Shown: piece after piece, positions 46,768-58,548 of the stretch | Layout of the letters: every line of letters starts with the position of its first letter | How positions within the stretch are numbered: the stretch's first letter is position 1 | NCBI GenBank assembly: GCA_050950825.1 | Contig: JBMNIH010000002.1 | Location: 320,001-384,000 of the forward strand | Direction of reading: 5' to 3' | DNA: 64,000 nt | Source: Clostridia bacterium | GTDB lineage: Bacteria > Bacillota > Clostridia > JAAYHZ01 | Notes under the pieces: model-generated | The model's input: only the letters and a program-made list of their open reading frames with translations | Databases searched by the model: none | Told to the model about the DNA's origin: nothing | Translations under genes and position numbers: made by a program

Positions 46768-48918
46768 TTATCTTCCGATAAAGTCCATGATACCGTTTGC
46801 GATGGCTTCCGCCGCCTTTGCACGGAATTGGGCGGTGCAAAGAAGGGTAAAATCGATGTCGCCCGACATGAAAGCTACTTCCACCAAAGCGGAAGGCATG
46901 GCGGTTCCCTGAAGAACGATGTATTCGTTTTGCACCCGAATACCTCTGTCGGGCATGCCCAAGTCCTTAGTCAAGCGATTCAAAATGACGGAGGCCAGCG
47001 CTTTTCCTTGGGTGCTTGCGCTATGATAAAATACCATGGAGCCGTTGACGCTGCTGTTGTTTTCCAAGGCGTTGTTATGAATGCTTACGAACCAGGATGC
47101 ATTTAACGCATTGGCGATATAGGCACGTTCATAAAGGCCGACGTAGCTGTCATCCTCTCGGATTATGTAAGTGTTAATCCCTCGGGATTCCAAGATTTCC
47201 TGGACCGTCAATGCAATATCCAAGTTCAGGTTCTTTTCGTAAACACCGTTGTAAACGGCACCCACTTCTTTACCGCCGTGGCCCGGGTCAATCACAACCA
47301 AACGGTCCTCTTTTTTCGCTTGCTTCACCAGTGTAATGGCCGTATTGTTTACATCATATCGATAAATGACGGTATGGACCATGGGTTCGGCCATATGAAT
47401 GGTAATGATGTTGTTGCCGGTCCGGGAGTCTTTTTCCAATATAATTTCATTGACCGTTCCGTCGTAGACGGAAATGGTACCGGTTGACAGGCTTCCGTAC
47501 TTGGACGGAAAAGTGATTTGCAGAGTTTTCCCGCCGTTTAACGAGGCGGACGTATAGTAGCGTGTCAAGGTTTTGCTTCCTTCGGTCAGCTGCACTCCGT
47601 TTAACAAGATGGCGGTGCGATCTCCGACGGAATGATAAGTAACGTTTCCTCGGGTTATGATATTCTTCTTGTTCTTATTTACCCAGGGTCCCGAAGCTGT
47701 AGGCTGCGCTTTGAAGACCAAATTCGTTCCGACGTTACCCGAGAGGACGGGTACGATCTCAATATCGCAGGTTACGGGTGTCTCTACGGTAATGCGGGTA
47801 TATTCCATAATCCGATTGTATCGGGAAGAAACGGTGTTTATCGTGCCGTCCTTCAGATTGAAGAATTGCTCCTCCGGCACGCCCGCCGACTTCTTTATTT
47901 CCAAAACGAATTTCTTTCCGTCCGCCGCTTTCCATAAGTCGTATGTACCGTTTTGCAGTACAATTCCTTCTAAAAACAAAGCGGAGGTACGTTCGTCGGT
48001 CTTTTTATACGTCATTTTCTTTTGTACGATACCTTCTTGTACCGGGCTTTCCGTATTTCCCGATTCGGCTTTTTCTCCTACGGTGGAATCGGTGCCTTCT
48101 TTCGGCGGTTGGGCTTTTTTCCCTACCGTTATTTGCAAACGGTTATTTGCCATAACGTATTCAAAATCCGGACTTCCCGACAAATCCAAAGCCATACCGA
48201 CGATATCCTTGTCGAATCGAGTATATCGGACGTTTTGCACCGATCGGCCGTTCACCGCTATGGTCTGTTGGCCGTCCTTTTTATTGGCACCGTAGATGCG
48301 CACCGCAATTCGCTCGGGAAGATTGTCGGCTGCAGCCACTCGAAATACGTCGGTTTTGTAGTCCCGATCCATCATAACTCTCAAATCGAACTCGGCATCG
48401 TAGCTCCAAAACTTCATACCCTTGATACCTTCCACGTCTTTTGCATAGGAGGATCGATTAACGGAAACGGTTCTTTTTTCGGAGTCTACGGAAACATTGA
48501 TATCAAAAACGTCAAAAAGGATATCCAAAGGCACTACGGTTACGCCGTCGATGGTGGTAACGTTATAGCCCAAATCTCGCGTTTGGTTATTGACGATACA
48601 AGTAGACCGGTTCATGGTAAAAACAAGGGTGTTACCATCCAAGAGAGCGGTTGCCGATGCGGTTTGACCGTCCCAAGATATGGTTCCGCCTAATCCTTCA
48701 ATGACCGGTCGTAAAGGAACCGTCAAACAAGACCCGTCAATCACGGGTAATACGCCGCTTTGTACGGAATTACCGTTCACGGTCAGCGAGAAATAAGGTC
48801 CAATTTCTTTTTCAACGTATTGGATATATCCGTATTTGACGGTTTTTGCTTCAACCGCTGACGATGAAATTGAAAAGAAAAAACAGCACAGAAGTATTGT
48901 TGCTATAAACTTTCTCAA
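46768..48918 (-). CDS. N-acetylmuramoyl-L-alanine amidase (Amidase_3) with a copper-amine-oxidase-N-like domain
   Basis: Signal peptide; VPLRPVIEGLGGTISWD; C-terminal VIDPGHGG, EKNLNL, FVSIHNN, PSALVEVAF. Confidence 0.9.
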   Translation of the reverse strand: MRKFIATILLCCFFFSISSSAVEAKTVKYGYIQYVEKEIGPYFSLTVNGNSVQSGVLPVIDGSCLTVPLRPVIEGLGGTISWDGQTASATALLDGNTLVFTMNRSTCIVNNQTRDLGYNVTTIDGVTVVPLDILFDVFDINVSVDSEKRTVSVNRSSYAKDVEGIKGMKFWSYDAEFDLRVMMDRDYKTDVFRVAAADNLPERIAVRIYGANKKDGQQTIAVNGRSVQNVRYTRFDKDIVGMALDLSGSPDFEYVMANNRLQITVGKKAQPPKEGTDSTVGEKAESGNTESPVQEGIVQKKMTYKKTDERTSALFLEGIVLQNGTYDLWKAADGKKFVLEIKKSAGVPEEQFFNLKDGTINTVSSRYNRIMEYTRITVETPVTCDIEIVPVLSGNVGTNLVFKAQPTASGPWVNKNKKNIITRGNVTYHSVGDRTAILLNGVQLTEGSKTLTRYYTSASLNGGKTLQITFPSKYGSLSTGTISVYDGTVNEIILEKDSRTGNNIITIHMAEPMVHTVIYRYDVNNTAITLVKQAKKEDRLVVIDPGHGGKEVGAVYNGVYEKNLNLDIALTVQEILESRGINTYIIREDDSYVGLYERAYIANALNASWFVSIHNNALENNSSVNGSMVFYHSASTQGKALASVILNRLTKDLGMPDRGIRVQNEYIVLQGTAMPSALVEVAFMSGDIDFTLLCTAQFRAKAAEAIANGIMDFIGR

Positions 48919-49094
48919 AAGTTATCCCCTACCCTATTCGAATGAAATTGCCTGCGGTTTGCTGCCAACTTCATATTTTTTAAATATATTTTCCCCTGAC
49001 ATCAACCTTTAAGCCCATTATATACCAAAGGACCTCTCTTTGAACAGACACAAACAAACTGTATCATGAATGTAATACAGTTGAAAAAAATAAT

Positions 49095-49652
49095 TTAATC
49101 CCATGTAATTTTTTCTTTAAAAGGAGATGCGTTATAGGAGTGAATGCATCCGCAATATTTCTGGCGGTATAACCCCATTTCCTTGGCCATGGATTGGCCT
49201 TGTCGAAAACCCGCCCGAAAGTCCCGATACAAAAAGGGAATCTTGAACTCTTCCTCGAATTCCAAAGCAATTTCCCTCATCAATTCGTGGTTCTGATAAG
49301 GACTTACAAACAAGGTGGATGTAAAACCGCCGTATCCATTTTCTTTTGCAAAACGGGCGGCTTCTTTCAGCCGCATTTTGTAGCACATAACGCAGCGATT
49401 CGGATCATCCGGAGCATAAGCTTCCCATCGCTCTTGAAGAAAGTCCTCGCTTATATGAACATTTAAATTCTTAATCCGAGCATAAGTCAAGAAGGTTTCT
49501 TTTCTTCTTGAAAACTCCTTTAGAGGGTGAATATTCGGATTGAAAAAGTATGCTTCAAGGTCAAACCCTTCCTCCCGCAGCCGCTCCACGGGCCATACGG
49601 CGCAGGGACCGCAGCAGGCATGAAGGAGGATTTTTTCATTTTCAGGCTTCAT
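49095..49652 (-). CDS. queH: Epoxyqueuosine reductase QueH
   Basis: [31 protein letters not shown]. Confidence 0.92.
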   Translation of the reverse strand: MKPENEKILLHACCGPCAVWPVERLREEGFDLEAYFFNPNIHPLKEFSRRKETFLTYARIKNLNVHISEDFLQERWEAYAPDDPNRCVMCYKMRLKEAARFAKENGYGGFTSTLFVSPYQNHELMREIALEFEEEFKIPFLYRDFRAGFRQGQSMAKEMGLYRQKYCGCIHSYNASPFKEKITWD

Positions 49653-50668
49653 ATAATGGGAATATCTCCTTTGTATTTGATTCCAAAGTGTTCATAGGCA
49701 TTCATGCTGACGACCCGTCCCCGAGGCGTCTTTTTGATGAATCCTAACTGCATTAGATAAGGCTCGTAAACGTCCTCGATAGTGTCGTTTTCTTCGCCGA
49801 TGCAAGCGGCCAAGGTATCCAACCCCACGGGGCCTCCGTCAAATTTTTCGATGATACTTAAAATCAAATTTTTATCGATGCGGTCCAGCCCCAACGGATC
49901 GATTTCCAAGGCATTCAAAGCCATCCGTGCGATATCAAGGTCAATCACGCCTTTTCCTTTGACCTGGGCAAAATCCCGGACTCTTTTTAAAAGACGGTTA
50001 GCGATTCTCGGCGTTCCCCGAGATCGGGAAGCGATTTCCCGAGCTCCGTCCTCCGTAATGGGAACATCCAGGATGGCCGCCGATCGTTTAATGATGGTTT
50101 TCAATTCATCGGGATCATACATCTCCAAACGAAACAAAACTCCGAAACGATCCCGAAGAGGATGAGTCAACAGTCCGATTCGGGTGGTGGCTCCGATTAA
50201 GGTGAATTTCGGCAAATCGATACGGATGGAACGGGCGCCCGGTCCTTTTCCGATGATGATGTCCAAGGCCCGGTCTTCCATAGCCGGATAAAGAATTTCT
50301 TCCACGCTTCGGTTTAAGCGGTGAATCTCGTCGATAAAAAGTACGTCGTGTTCCCCGAGATTGGTCAAAATGGCGGCCAAGTCTCCCGCCTTTTCAATGG
50401 CGGGGCCGGATGTAATCCGAAAGTTGACGCCCATTTCCGTTGCAATGATATTGGCCAAGGTGGTTTTACCCAATCCGGGAGGTCCGTATAAAAGAACGTG
50501 GTCAAGAGGCTCTCTTCTTTCCAAGGCCGCTTGAATAAATACTTTTAAATTTTCTTTTACCTTCGTTTGTCCGAAAAAGTCGTCCAGCTTTTTCGGTCGT
50601 AAACCGGATTCGTTCTTATCTTGTGTACCGGCGTTTGGATCCATTAACCGTTCATCCAAATCCATCAA
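49649..50668 (-). CDS. ruvB: Holliday junction helicase RuvB
   Basis: [33 protein letters not shown]. Confidence 0.98.
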   Translation of the reverse strand: MMDLDERLMDPNAGTQDKNESGLRPKKLDDFFGQTKVKENLKVFIQAALERREPLDHVLLYGPPGLGKTTLANIIATEMGVNFRITSGPAIEKAGDLAAILTNLGEHDVLFIDEIHRLNRSVEEILYPAMEDRALDIIIGKGPGARSIRIDLPKFTLIGATTRIGLLTHPLRDRFGVLFRLEMYDPDELKTIIKRSAAILDVPITEDGAREIASRSRGTPRIANRLLKRVRDFAQVKGKGVIDLDIARMALNALEIDPLGLDRIDKNLILSIIEKFDGGPVGLDTLAACIGEENDTIEDVYEPYLMQLGFIKKTPRGRVVSMNAYEHFGIKYKGDIPII

Positions 50669-50689
50669 GCCTCTTCACCCTTTCACACG

Positions 50690-51298
50690 TTATATCTTGC
50701 AGGAAGATAATTTCTTTAAAGACTGCCTTATTAAGTCTTCTACCGTTTCGCATTCGTCGAGAACGCTTTTTACAGCATCCCTCGCTTCTCTTCCGGTATA
50801 TCCTAGCACAATAAGAGCGTTTACCGCCTCCGCAAATCGCAAATCTTTCCGATCGATATCTTTTTCGATTATCGGTTCGAACTCTTCTTTTCTTATCTTG
50901 CTTACTTTGTCCTTCAACTCAAGAATAATCCTTTGGGCGGTTTTCTTCCCTATTCCTTTCGCTTGGGCTAAAGCTTCCGCATCCTCGGAAACAACGGCCA
51001 AACCGAAGGCGGCAGGTGTTAAAGCCGATAATATGGCTATTGCCGCTTTCGGACCTACGCCGGATACCGAAAGGAGCATAACAAACACATCTCTTTCTTC
51101 CGCCGTAGAAAAACCGAACAGCGTCCAACCGTCTTCCCGCACATGAAGATACGTATATATTTTCACATCGTCCCCGCAATTACCCGTATGAGCCAAGGTA
51201 TTCAAAGAGGTATACACCTTGTATCCTATAGAGCCGGTATCGATGGTCAGATAATCGTCGGACTTTCTTTCTATTTTACCCTTAATGTATTCGTACAT
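50690..51298 (-). CDS. ruvA: Holliday junction protein RuvA
   Basis: MYEYIKG, YLHVRED, VSGVGPKAA, GIGKKTAQRIILELKDK. Confidence 0.96.
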   Translation of the reverse strand: MYEYIKGKIERKSDDYLTIDTGSIGYKVYTSLNTLAHTGNCGDDVKIYTYLHVREDGWTLFGFSTAEERDVFVMLLSVSGVGPKAAIAILSALTPAAFGLAVVSEDAEALAQAKGIGKKTAQRIILELKDKVSKIRKEEFEPIIEKDIDRKDLRFAEAVNALIVLGYTGREARDAVKSVLDECETVEDLIRQSLKKLSSCKI

Positions 51299-51323
51299 GA
51301 ATAAATCCTTTGACTTATATTTT

Positions 51324-51824
51324 TCATCTCTTGGAACAACATATTCCCGTACCGGAATGGGCGTGGCACACGGATACGGCCAATGCGTCGGCGGCATCGT
51401 CCGGCTTCGGGATGCTGTTTAAATTCAGTATGATTTTGATCATCTGCTGCATCTGGGCTTTATCCGCCCTTCCGTATCCGGTAACGGCGATCTTTACTTG
51501 CAGCGGCGTATATTCAAAAACGGGCAGTCCGCATTTCATGACCTCGTACAATACGACTCCCCTGCTTTGTGCAACCGAAATGGCCGTTTTTAAATTGGTA
51601 TTGAAAAACAGCTCTTCTACGGCAACGGCATCCGGCTTGTACATGGAAAGCAAATTCCCCACTTCGGTCCCTAAAATATGCAGCCTCTTAGGTAGCGGTA
51701 TTCCGGCATCCGTCCGAATAACGCCGTAGTCGATTACGGTAAATCGATTGCCTTCGTATTTAATTACTCCGTACCCGGTAATGGCAAAGCCCGGGTCAAT
51801 ACCCATTATGATCATGTTAGCCAT
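51324..51824 (-). CDS. ruvC: Crossover junction endodeoxyribonuclease RuvC
   Basis: [30 protein letters not shown]. Exact start uncertain. Confidence 0.95.
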   Translation of the reverse strand: MANMIIMGIDPGFAITGYGVIKYEGNRFTVIDYGVIRTDAGIPLPKRLHILGTEVGNLLSMYKPDAVAVEELFFNTNLKTAISVAQSRGVVLYEVMKCGLPVFEYTPLQVKIAVTGYGRADKAQMQQMIKIILNLNSIPKPDDAADALAVSVCHAHSGTGICCSKR

Positions 51825-51878
51825 TATATCATTATTTCTCGGCATGAACAAGTCGAAAGAACAATCGTTTCCTATCCC

Positions 51879-53672
51879 TTACGCGTACCATTTCTTTTGG
51901 GATTCGAACATTTCTTTGTAAATGCCGTTTTTCATCGACATAAGCTCCGTATGGGTACCGTCTTCCACTACGCAGCCGTCGTTTATCACGATGATTCTTT
52001 CCGCATTTTTCGCAAAACCGAGGCGGTGAGATATGAAAAACACCAAGCGGTCCTCCGCCAAGGAGAAAATAAAACGGTACATTTCGATCTCCGCCAAAGG
52101 GTCCAGAAAAGCCGTGGGCTCATCCAAAACCCATACATTGGCCTCCTCGTCGGCCAAAAGCCTTGCAATGGCCAAGCGCTGCCACTGTCCTTTGGACAAT
52201 TCCACTCCTTTATCCAGCTGTCCCAGCATCGTTCGGATCCCCTCCGGTTTTGACGCGATAAAATCATACAGATTCACTTTTTTTAGGATCTCAACAATTT
52301 TCTCATCGGGAAGAGATTTCCCGCCGCAGCCCAGCTCGATGTTTTCCTTTACCGTCATTTGGTATTGGCCGAAATCTTGCAAAACGGCGGTGCAGGATAC
52401 ACAATTCAATCTCAGGCTTCCCTCGTACTTTTTTAAAAGCCCCAATACTACGGATATCAGCGTGGTTTTTCCGCTTCCGTTGTATCCTACAACGGCAACT
52501 TTTTCTCCTTTTTTAAAAGAGATGTCGATACCCTTCAAAGCGTAGCTTTGGGCTTGGGCATACTTGTATTTTAATCCGTTTATGAAGATGGCCGTATCCG
52601 ACATCCCTTCTCCTCTTTCCCTATCCGTATCGTTTTTGTTAAGCTCAAGCAAATCGTAGTAGGCGCTTAAGACCTTGACATACCAATTTCCGTCCAACAT
52701 GAACAAGGTGAATTCCTTTAATACGGTAAAAAGGCTTACCAGCAGGGCGATAACCATGCTGTAATACCCGATGGTAAATCGGCCCGAAACCGTTCCTTTC
52801 CCCGTCATTACGGCGGTTAAAAAGAAAACGATCAAAAACAGAACCGATGTTATAAGCTCCGTATAAACGGAAAACAGGTTCAGCTTCAAATAGTTCTTTC
52901 GTTCTCGGTTGTTGTAATAGCGATATTTGTCAAAAAAGTAACCAATGGATCTTGTGTTTTGAATGTTTTGATGATGGACCCGATTTCGGAAGACGGATTT
53001 AAAGTAGACGTTTCTTCTTGTTTCCGGAGAAACATACATGCGCCAATAATCCAATTGCTTGTCCGTCACTTTTGCCGAAACGACGGCTCCCGCTGCAATG
53101 GAAACGAAAATGACCAAAACGTATAAAAGATGGATCTTGGAAAGCAAAACGGTATACACAACCAACATCACCAAAATCCTTATCAATTGGGTTACACCGT
53201 ACACCGCATTCGGATACTGAGAACCCGCTTGGCGAGCAAGATTGATTTTCTCGTAAAATTCATTGGATTCATAGTATTCGTAAGTTACATCGGACAACTT
53301 GTCGTTGATTTTTTTCTCCACTTCAAATATGATTTTGCTTTCGTATTTAGGAGATAACCGATTATATGCATTTTGAACCAAAAGGACGAAAAGCAACAAG
53401 ATCAAAAAAATGACCGTTTTGCGCACAATCTCTTGAAAAGACACCGTTTCATTCAGATACCCGGAAACTCCGTCGGTTATATGCTCCAAGAATTTCAGTT
53501 CAATAAACTTGGAACCGAATGCCAAAACGGATAAAATCAGAATGGCCGTTGTCTCCTTCCTGTATTTTCCGTAAAGCTCCTTTAGGATCTTCCATTGAAC
53601 CTTAAAAAATTGCCCCGGAGTGACTTTTTCCCTCATGGCTTTGTTGAAAAATTTCTTCGATTTTTCTTTCAT
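51879..53672 (-). CDS. ABC exporter, fused TMD-NBD, subunit 2
   Basis: N-terminal TM domain; GYNGSGKTT, LSKGQWQR, VLDEPT, ISHR. Confidence 0.88.
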   Translation of the reverse strand: MKEKSKKFFNKAMREKVTPGQFFKVQWKILKELYGKYRKETTAILILSVLAFGSKFIELKFLEHITDGVSGYLNETVSFQEIVRKTVIFLILLLFVLLVQNAYNRLSPKYESKIIFEVEKKINDKLSDVTYEYYESNEFYEKINLARQAGSQYPNAVYGVTQLIRILVMLVVYTVLLSKIHLLYVLVIFVSIAAGAVVSAKVTDKQLDYWRMYVSPETRRNVYFKSVFRNRVHHQNIQNTRSIGYFFDKYRYYNNRERKNYLKLNLFSVYTELITSVLFLIVFFLTAVMTGKGTVSGRFTIGYYSMVIALLVSLFTVLKEFTLFMLDGNWYVKVLSAYYDLLELNKNDTDRERGEGMSDTAIFINGLKYKYAQAQSYALKGIDISFKKGEKVAVVGYNGSGKTTLISVVLGLLKKYEGSLRLNCVSCTAVLQDFGQYQMTVKENIELGCGGKSLPDEKIVEILKKVNLYDFIASKPEGIRTMLGQLDKGVELSKGQWQRLAIARLLADEEANVWVLDEPTAFLDPLAEIEMYRFIFSLAEDRLVFFISHRLGFAKNAERIIVINDGCVVEDGTHTELMSMKNGIYKEMFESQKKWYA

Positions 53673-55483
53673 GCCGACTTTTCCTCCGTGTACAACTTTT
53701 TCTGTTCATTGAATAATGAAGCGTAATACCCGCCAAGAGCCAGAAGCTCTTCGTGGGTGCCTTCTTCCGTGATCTTTCCGTCTTGCATCATGATGATTCG
53801 GTCCGCAAGCCTTGCAAAGCCGATACGGTGGGATATGAGGACGGCGGTTTTGCCTTTCAGATTTTCCCGAAGGTTTCCGATTAGCTCCATTTCTTTTAAA
53901 GGGTCAATGGAAGCCGTCGGCTCGTCCATAAGAAGAATCTCCGGCTCTCCCATATACGCCGATGCAATGACAAGACTCTGCCATTCTCCTCCGGATAAAT
54001 CCACTCCCTCTTCGTCGTATTCTTTTCCTAAAACCGTCCGATCCTTGTCCTTGTATTTGTTTATGAGAGGTAAAATGCCGGCTTTTTTATACGCATCGAA
54101 AAGCTTTTCTTCATCGAACTTATCTTTTATGCTTCCCAATCCCACAAAATCCCGAAGAGGGATCGAAAAACGCGAAAATTCTTGAGGGGCTATACCGAAA
54201 TATTGAAACACAAGCTCCTTGTTCCCCTCGCAAACAGGAACACCGTTTAAAAAAATACGACCTTCCGTAAGAGGCAAGCTTCCCGTCATCAGTTTACATA
54301 GGGTGGTTTTACCGCTGCCGTTGTAGCCGAGAATACTTACAATTTCTCCTTTTTTAAGAGAAAAGGATACGTTGTCCACCGCTTTTTTATCGCTGTTGGG
54401 GTAAGTATAGGAGGCGTTGTGAATCGTCAACTCCCGGAACTCCCCGAAGGGCAGAGAACCGAAGGCATCCTGCGTGTTTTTTATGGACTTGATTTCTTTT
54501 ACGGTAACGGGCATTATGAAGTCGTAATAATCCGTCAAATACTTCGTATCTTTATGGGCTCCGGATATCATGTTGGTCATGAGCCGGTCGATGTTGTTGA
54601 AGACGGTTTCGATCAATCCGAATAAAAGAGCAAAGGTACCCAAGTCGTATCTTTTATGATACACCCCTCGGAGCAGAAGAATAATCGCCGCCCCTCTTAA
54701 AACATACTTCACGACGGAAAAAAGATTGTTTAAGCTTACCTTCTTTAAAGCGAGGTTCAGCTTTTCCAGTCTTAAAGCATCGTATATTTTTATCCACTTG
54801 CGGAAAATATGATCTTTGAAACGGTAGATCCGAAGCTCCTTTGCCGTCGGTTTTCCCGTAAGAACCTCCTTGTAGTAGTCATGGTATCGAAGCTCTTTAA
54901 TTTGCCGCTTGTCCAGCTCGTATTCTTTTTTGGCGATGTATCGTTTGACAGTAAAAGCAAGTATCCCGATAATCAAGCTGTAAATTACGAAAAAAGGCTC
55001 GTATACGGCGAACATAAGGACGGTTCCTACGATGAATCCGATATTGGAAAAGATAAGATTTGTCAAGCTGCCGATATAGGAGCTGATTTTACTTGTATTG
55101 CCGCTAACAAAAGAGTACTTTTCCATAAATTCATGGTCAAAAAACCGTTCTTGGGAAGTAGCGTAGCTTTTATACATGAAAATTTTGTGAAACAAAAGGT
55201 CCACATTCAGCCTGTAAAAATTCGAACCGAAGGCTTTGATAAAACCGAAAGTGAAATAGAGGATGTACAGGATTATGTAGACAAATACGAGTATGAAAAA
55301 AACTTTAGGAAGCTCTCCGGCATCGATTCCCGCCGAAAGGCTGTTAACGATATTCTTGTTTACGATATTAATAAAAAGTACAACTCCCGTTGATAAGGAA
55401 ACAATCAAGATATTGACCAATATATACGGCAAGCAAAAACGAAGCGCCGTCTTAAGCACCCACCAAACTTTCTTATTGACCAT
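53669..55483 (-). CDS. ABC exporter, fused TMD-NBD, subunit 1
   Basis: TM domain; GYNGSGKTT, LSGGEWQ, LMDEPT, ISHR; ATGA overlap with its partner. Confidence 0.88.
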   Translation of the reverse strand: MVNKKVWWVLKTALRFCLPYILVNILIVSLSTGVVLFINIVNKNIVNSLSAGIDAGELPKVFFILVFVYIILYILYFTFGFIKAFGSNFYRLNVDLLFHKIFMYKSYATSQERFFDHEFMEKYSFVSGNTSKISSYIGSLTNLIFSNIGFIVGTVLMFAVYEPFFVIYSLIIGILAFTVKRYIAKKEYELDKRQIKELRYHDYYKEVLTGKPTAKELRIYRFKDHIFRKWIKIYDALRLEKLNLALKKVSLNNLFSVVKYVLRGAAIILLLRGVYHKRYDLGTFALLFGLIETVFNNIDRLMTNMISGAHKDTKYLTDYYDFIMPVTVKEIKSIKNTQDAFGSLPFGEFRELTIHNASYTYPNSDKKAVDNVSFSLKKGEIVSILGYNGSGKTTLCKLMTGSLPLTEGRIFLNGVPVCEGNKELVFQYFGIAPQEFSRFSIPLRDFVGLGSIKDKFDEEKLFDAYKKAGILPLINKYKDKDRTVLGKEYDEEGVDLSGGEWQSLVIASAYMGEPEILLMDEPTASIDPLKEMELIGNLRENLKGKTAVLISHRIGFARLADRIIMMQDGKITEEGTHEELLALGGYYASLFNEQKKLYTEEKSA

Positions 55484-55655
55484 TTCGCCCCCCGGAGCAC
55501 TGCTATGACCGATTCTACCTTTGTAACTTACGGTTCCGTCATTCGCATTTCAATAAATTGCAAATTTTTATTGTTTATATTATCTCATGATTTATCATAG
55601 TTGTAAAGGTTTTCATAAAGCGTTTTTAATATGAAACTCCGAGTAAAATTTATTA

Positions 55656-55704
55656 TGCATATTTATAAATCACTCTTGCATATTTATTCATTTCGTAGTA
55701 TTAT
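55656..55704 (+). promoter_or_regulatory. Tandem ARG boxes (ArgR/AhrC) over the argG promoter
   Basis: TGCATATTTATAAA (55656) and TGCATATTTATTCA (55677), 21 bp apart; TTGCAT-17-TATTAT. Confidence 0.75.
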
Positions 55705-55820
55705 GGATACGAAATTGAAACGATGCTTTTTGTCTCGTTTTCTTTATTTTAAAAAGCCGTTGAATGTTTTTATGCTATAATTTGAAATACGCAATAAAAG
55801 AACAGGTTAGGAGGATATCC

Positions 55821-57035
55821 ATGAGCAAGGAAAAAATTTTACTGGCTTATTCGGGCGGATTGGATACGTCCGTCATTATTTCATGGTTATTGGAGAATTA
55901 CGATTGCGAAGTCATCGCCATGGCGGCCGATGTCGGTCAAGGAGAGGAATTGGCTCCCTTAAGGGAAAAAGCCATTAAATCCGGCGCCAGCAAAATATAC
56001 ATCGAAGATTTGAGAGAAGAATTCGTAACCGACTTCATATTCCCCACTTTGAAAGCGGGAGCCGTATACGAAGGCAAATATCTTTTGGGCACCTCTTTTG
56101 CACGCCCCATTATCGCCAAACGTATGGTGGACATAGCAAAAAAAGAAGGCTGTACCGCATTTGCCCACGGCTGCACGGGAAAAGGTAACGACCAAGTTCG
56201 TTTCGAATTGACCTTTAAAGCTTTTGCACCGGAAATGAAAATCATTGCCCCGTGGCGAATCTGGAATATAAGATCTCGTGATGATGAAATCGATTATGCC
56301 GTCGAAAGAAACATACCGGTCCCGGTAACCAAGGAAAACAACTACAGCATGGACAGAAACCTTTGGCATTTGAGCCATGAAGGAATGGATTTGGAAAACC
56401 CGGAAAACGAACCGAATTACGATCGCATCTTAAAGATGATTGTTCCTCCGGAAAAAGCTCCGGACAAACCCGCTTACGTAGAAGTCGAGTTTGAAAAGGG
56501 CATCCCGGTAGCCGTTGACGGTCAAAAACTGCCTCCGGTGGAACTAATCGAATATTTGAACAACATAGCGGGAGCAAACGGCGTGGGTATCGTCGATTTG
56601 GTGGAAAATCGCTTGGTGGGCATGAAGTCTCGGGGTGTTTACGAAACACCGGGCGGAACCGTCCTTTATGCGGCTCATCGGGAATTGGAGCACATCTGCT
56701 TGGATAAAGAAACGCTGCACTACAAAGACCTTGTCGCCCAAAAGTTTGCGGAATTGGTTTACAACGGTCAGTGGTATACTCCTTTAAGAGAAGCCCTCAG
56801 CGCTTTTGTGGACAGTACCCAAAGATTCGTTACGGGTAAGGTTCGCTTAAAGCTGTACAAAGGCAACGTTTTCCCGGCCGGCTCCTTCTCCGACTATTCC
56901 TTATACAACGAAGAGCTGTCTACATTCGGAGTAGACCAAGTCTACAGACAGAAAGACGCGGAAGGCTTCATTAATCTTTTCGGACTGCCGGTAAAAGTCA
57001 ACGCGTTAATGAAACGGAAAAACGGGATTGAATAA
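55821..57035 (+). CDS. argG: Argininosuccinate synthase
   Basis: [35 protein letters not shown]. Confidence 0.98.
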   Translation: MSKEKILLAYSGGLDTSVIISWLLENYDCEVIAMAADVGQGEELAPLREKAIKSGASKIYIEDLREEFVTDFIFPTLKAGAVYEGKYLLGTSFARPIIAKRMVDIAKKEGCTAFAHGCTGKGNDQVRFELTFKAFAPEMKIIAPWRIWNIRSRDDEIDYAVERNIPVPVTKENNYSMDRNLWHLSHEGMDLENPENEPNYDRILKMIVPPEKAPDKPAYVEVEFEKGIPVAVDGQKLPPVELIEYLNNIAGANGVGIVDLVENRLVGMKSRGVYETPGGTVLYAAHRELEHICLDKETLHYKDLVAQKFAELVYNGQWYTPLREALSAFVDSTQRFVTGKVRLKLYKGNVFPAGSFSDYSLYNEELSTFGVDQVYRQKDAEGFINLFGLPVKVNALMKRKNGIE

Positions 57036-57043
57036 AACGGGCG

Positions 57044-58444
57044 GTGAACGGTTTGAAATTATGGAGCGGACGATTTAGCAAAGATACGGATAAAACGGTG
57101 GACGATTTTAATTCGTCCATCCGTTTTGACTGCCGAATGGCAAAGCAGGATATCAAAGGAAGCATGGCCCATGCGGAAATGCTGGGAAAATGCGGCGTTA
57201 TACCGGAAGAGGATGCGGCTTTGATCGTAAAAACCTTATCGGAGGTTTGGGAGGATATTAAAGAGGGTAAGGTATCCTTTGATCCCCGCGCCGAAGACAT
57301 CCACATGTTCGTGGAACAAGAGCTTATCAAAAGGATCGGCGATACGGGGAAAAAGCTTCATACGGGAAGGTCCCGAAACGACCAAGTGGCATTGGATATC
57401 CGCATGTATTTAACGGACGAGTGCAAAATCATCAAAGAAATGATTTTGGAGCTTATGAACACCGTGCTTCAGACGGCAAAAAAACACCGGGAAACCATCA
57501 TGCCGGGATACACCCATCTGCAGCGTGCCCAGCCTATAACCTTCGGTCATCATATGATGGCGTATTTTCAAATGTTTAAAAGGGACTTAGAGCGCCTTTC
57601 CGACTGCGTAAAGAGGATGGACGAAATGCCGTTAGGCTCGGGTGCCCTTGCATCCACTACCTATCCTTTGGATCGGTACTACGTGGCGGAAAAGCTGGGG
57701 TTCTCCCGTATTACGCAAAACAGCATGGACGCGGTAAGCGACCGGGATTTTGTAATCGAATTGGCATCGGTTTTGGCCATTTTCATGATGCATATAAGCC
57801 GATTAAGCGAAGAGATCATTTTGTGGGCTACCAAAGAATTTTCTTTTATCGAGTTGGACGATGCCTACAGTACCGGTAGCAGCATCATGCCCCAGAAAAA
57901 GAATCCCGACGTGGCGGAATTGGCTCGCGGAAAAACCGGAAGGATGTACGGCAACCTGATGACGCTGCTGTCCATGATGAAATCCTTACCTTTGGCATAC
58001 AACAAGGATATGCAGGAGGATAAGGAGGCCATATTCGACAGTATCGATACGGTCAAAATGTGTATTCCTCCCTTCAACGGAATGCTGGCTACCATGAGGA
58101 TAAAAGAAGACGCCATGGCCGAAGCGGTAAAGACCGGTTTTGCCAACGCTACCGATTTGGCCGATTACTTGACGGTAAAAGGAGTCCCCTTCCGAGTCGC
58201 TCATGAAATTACGGGAAAACTGGTAGGTTACTGTACGGAAAAGAATTTGAAAATTGAGGATTTGGATCTTCCCTTTTTAAAATCCTATTCGGAACTGATC
58301 GAAGAGGACATCTACCAAGCCCTTAAACCCGAAACCTGTGTCAACCGCCGCAATCTTCCGGGAGGACCGGCATTTGATGCGGTAGCCGAAGCCATTTCCG
58401 AGGCGGAAAGATACATGGATAAAGCTAGCAAAAAAACGGAATAA
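57044..58444 (+). CDS. argH: Argininosuccinate lyase
   Basis: KLWSGRF, HTGRSRNDQ, PGYTHLQRAQP, GSSIMPQKKNPD. Confidence 0.98.
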   Translation: MNGLKLWSGRFSKDTDKTVDDFNSSIRFDCRMAKQDIKGSMAHAEMLGKCGVIPEEDAALIVKTLSEVWEDIKEGKVSFDPRAEDIHMFVEQELIKRIGDTGKKLHTGRSRNDQVALDIRMYLTDECKIIKEMILELMNTVLQTAKKHRETIMPGYTHLQRAQPITFGHHMMAYFQMFKRDLERLSDCVKRMDEMPLGSGALASTTYPLDRYYVAEKLGFSRITQNSMDAVSDRDFVIELASVLAIFMMHISRLSEEIILWATKEFSFIELDDAYSTGSSIMPQKKNPDVAELARGKTGRMYGNLMTLLSMMKSLPLAYNKDMQEDKEAIFDSIDTVKMCIPPFNGMLATMRIKEDAMAEAVKTGFANATDLADYLTVKGVPFRVAHEITGKLVGYCTEKNLKIEDLDLPFLKSYSELIEEDIYQALKPETCVNRRNLPGGPAFDAVAEAISEAERYMDKASKKTE

Positions 58445-58455
58445 AAGACAGTATA

Positions 58456-58491
58456 AAAAGACAAGTCTTGTATTTAAAGGCTTGTCTTTTT
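58456..58491. terminator. Bidirectional terminator after argH
   Basis: AAAAGACAAGTC...GGCTTGTCTTTTT. Confidence 0.75.
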
Positions 58492-58548
58492 GTACTTACA
58501 TAAAGAATATAAAAAAAGAAGTGAATTCACGGTGAGTATGCTATTCAT

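Noticed and set aside
55484-55820. RiPP precursor upstream of the ABC exporter pair
   Set aside because: No SD-supported short ORF or modifying enzyme; the region is explained by promoters and ARG boxes.
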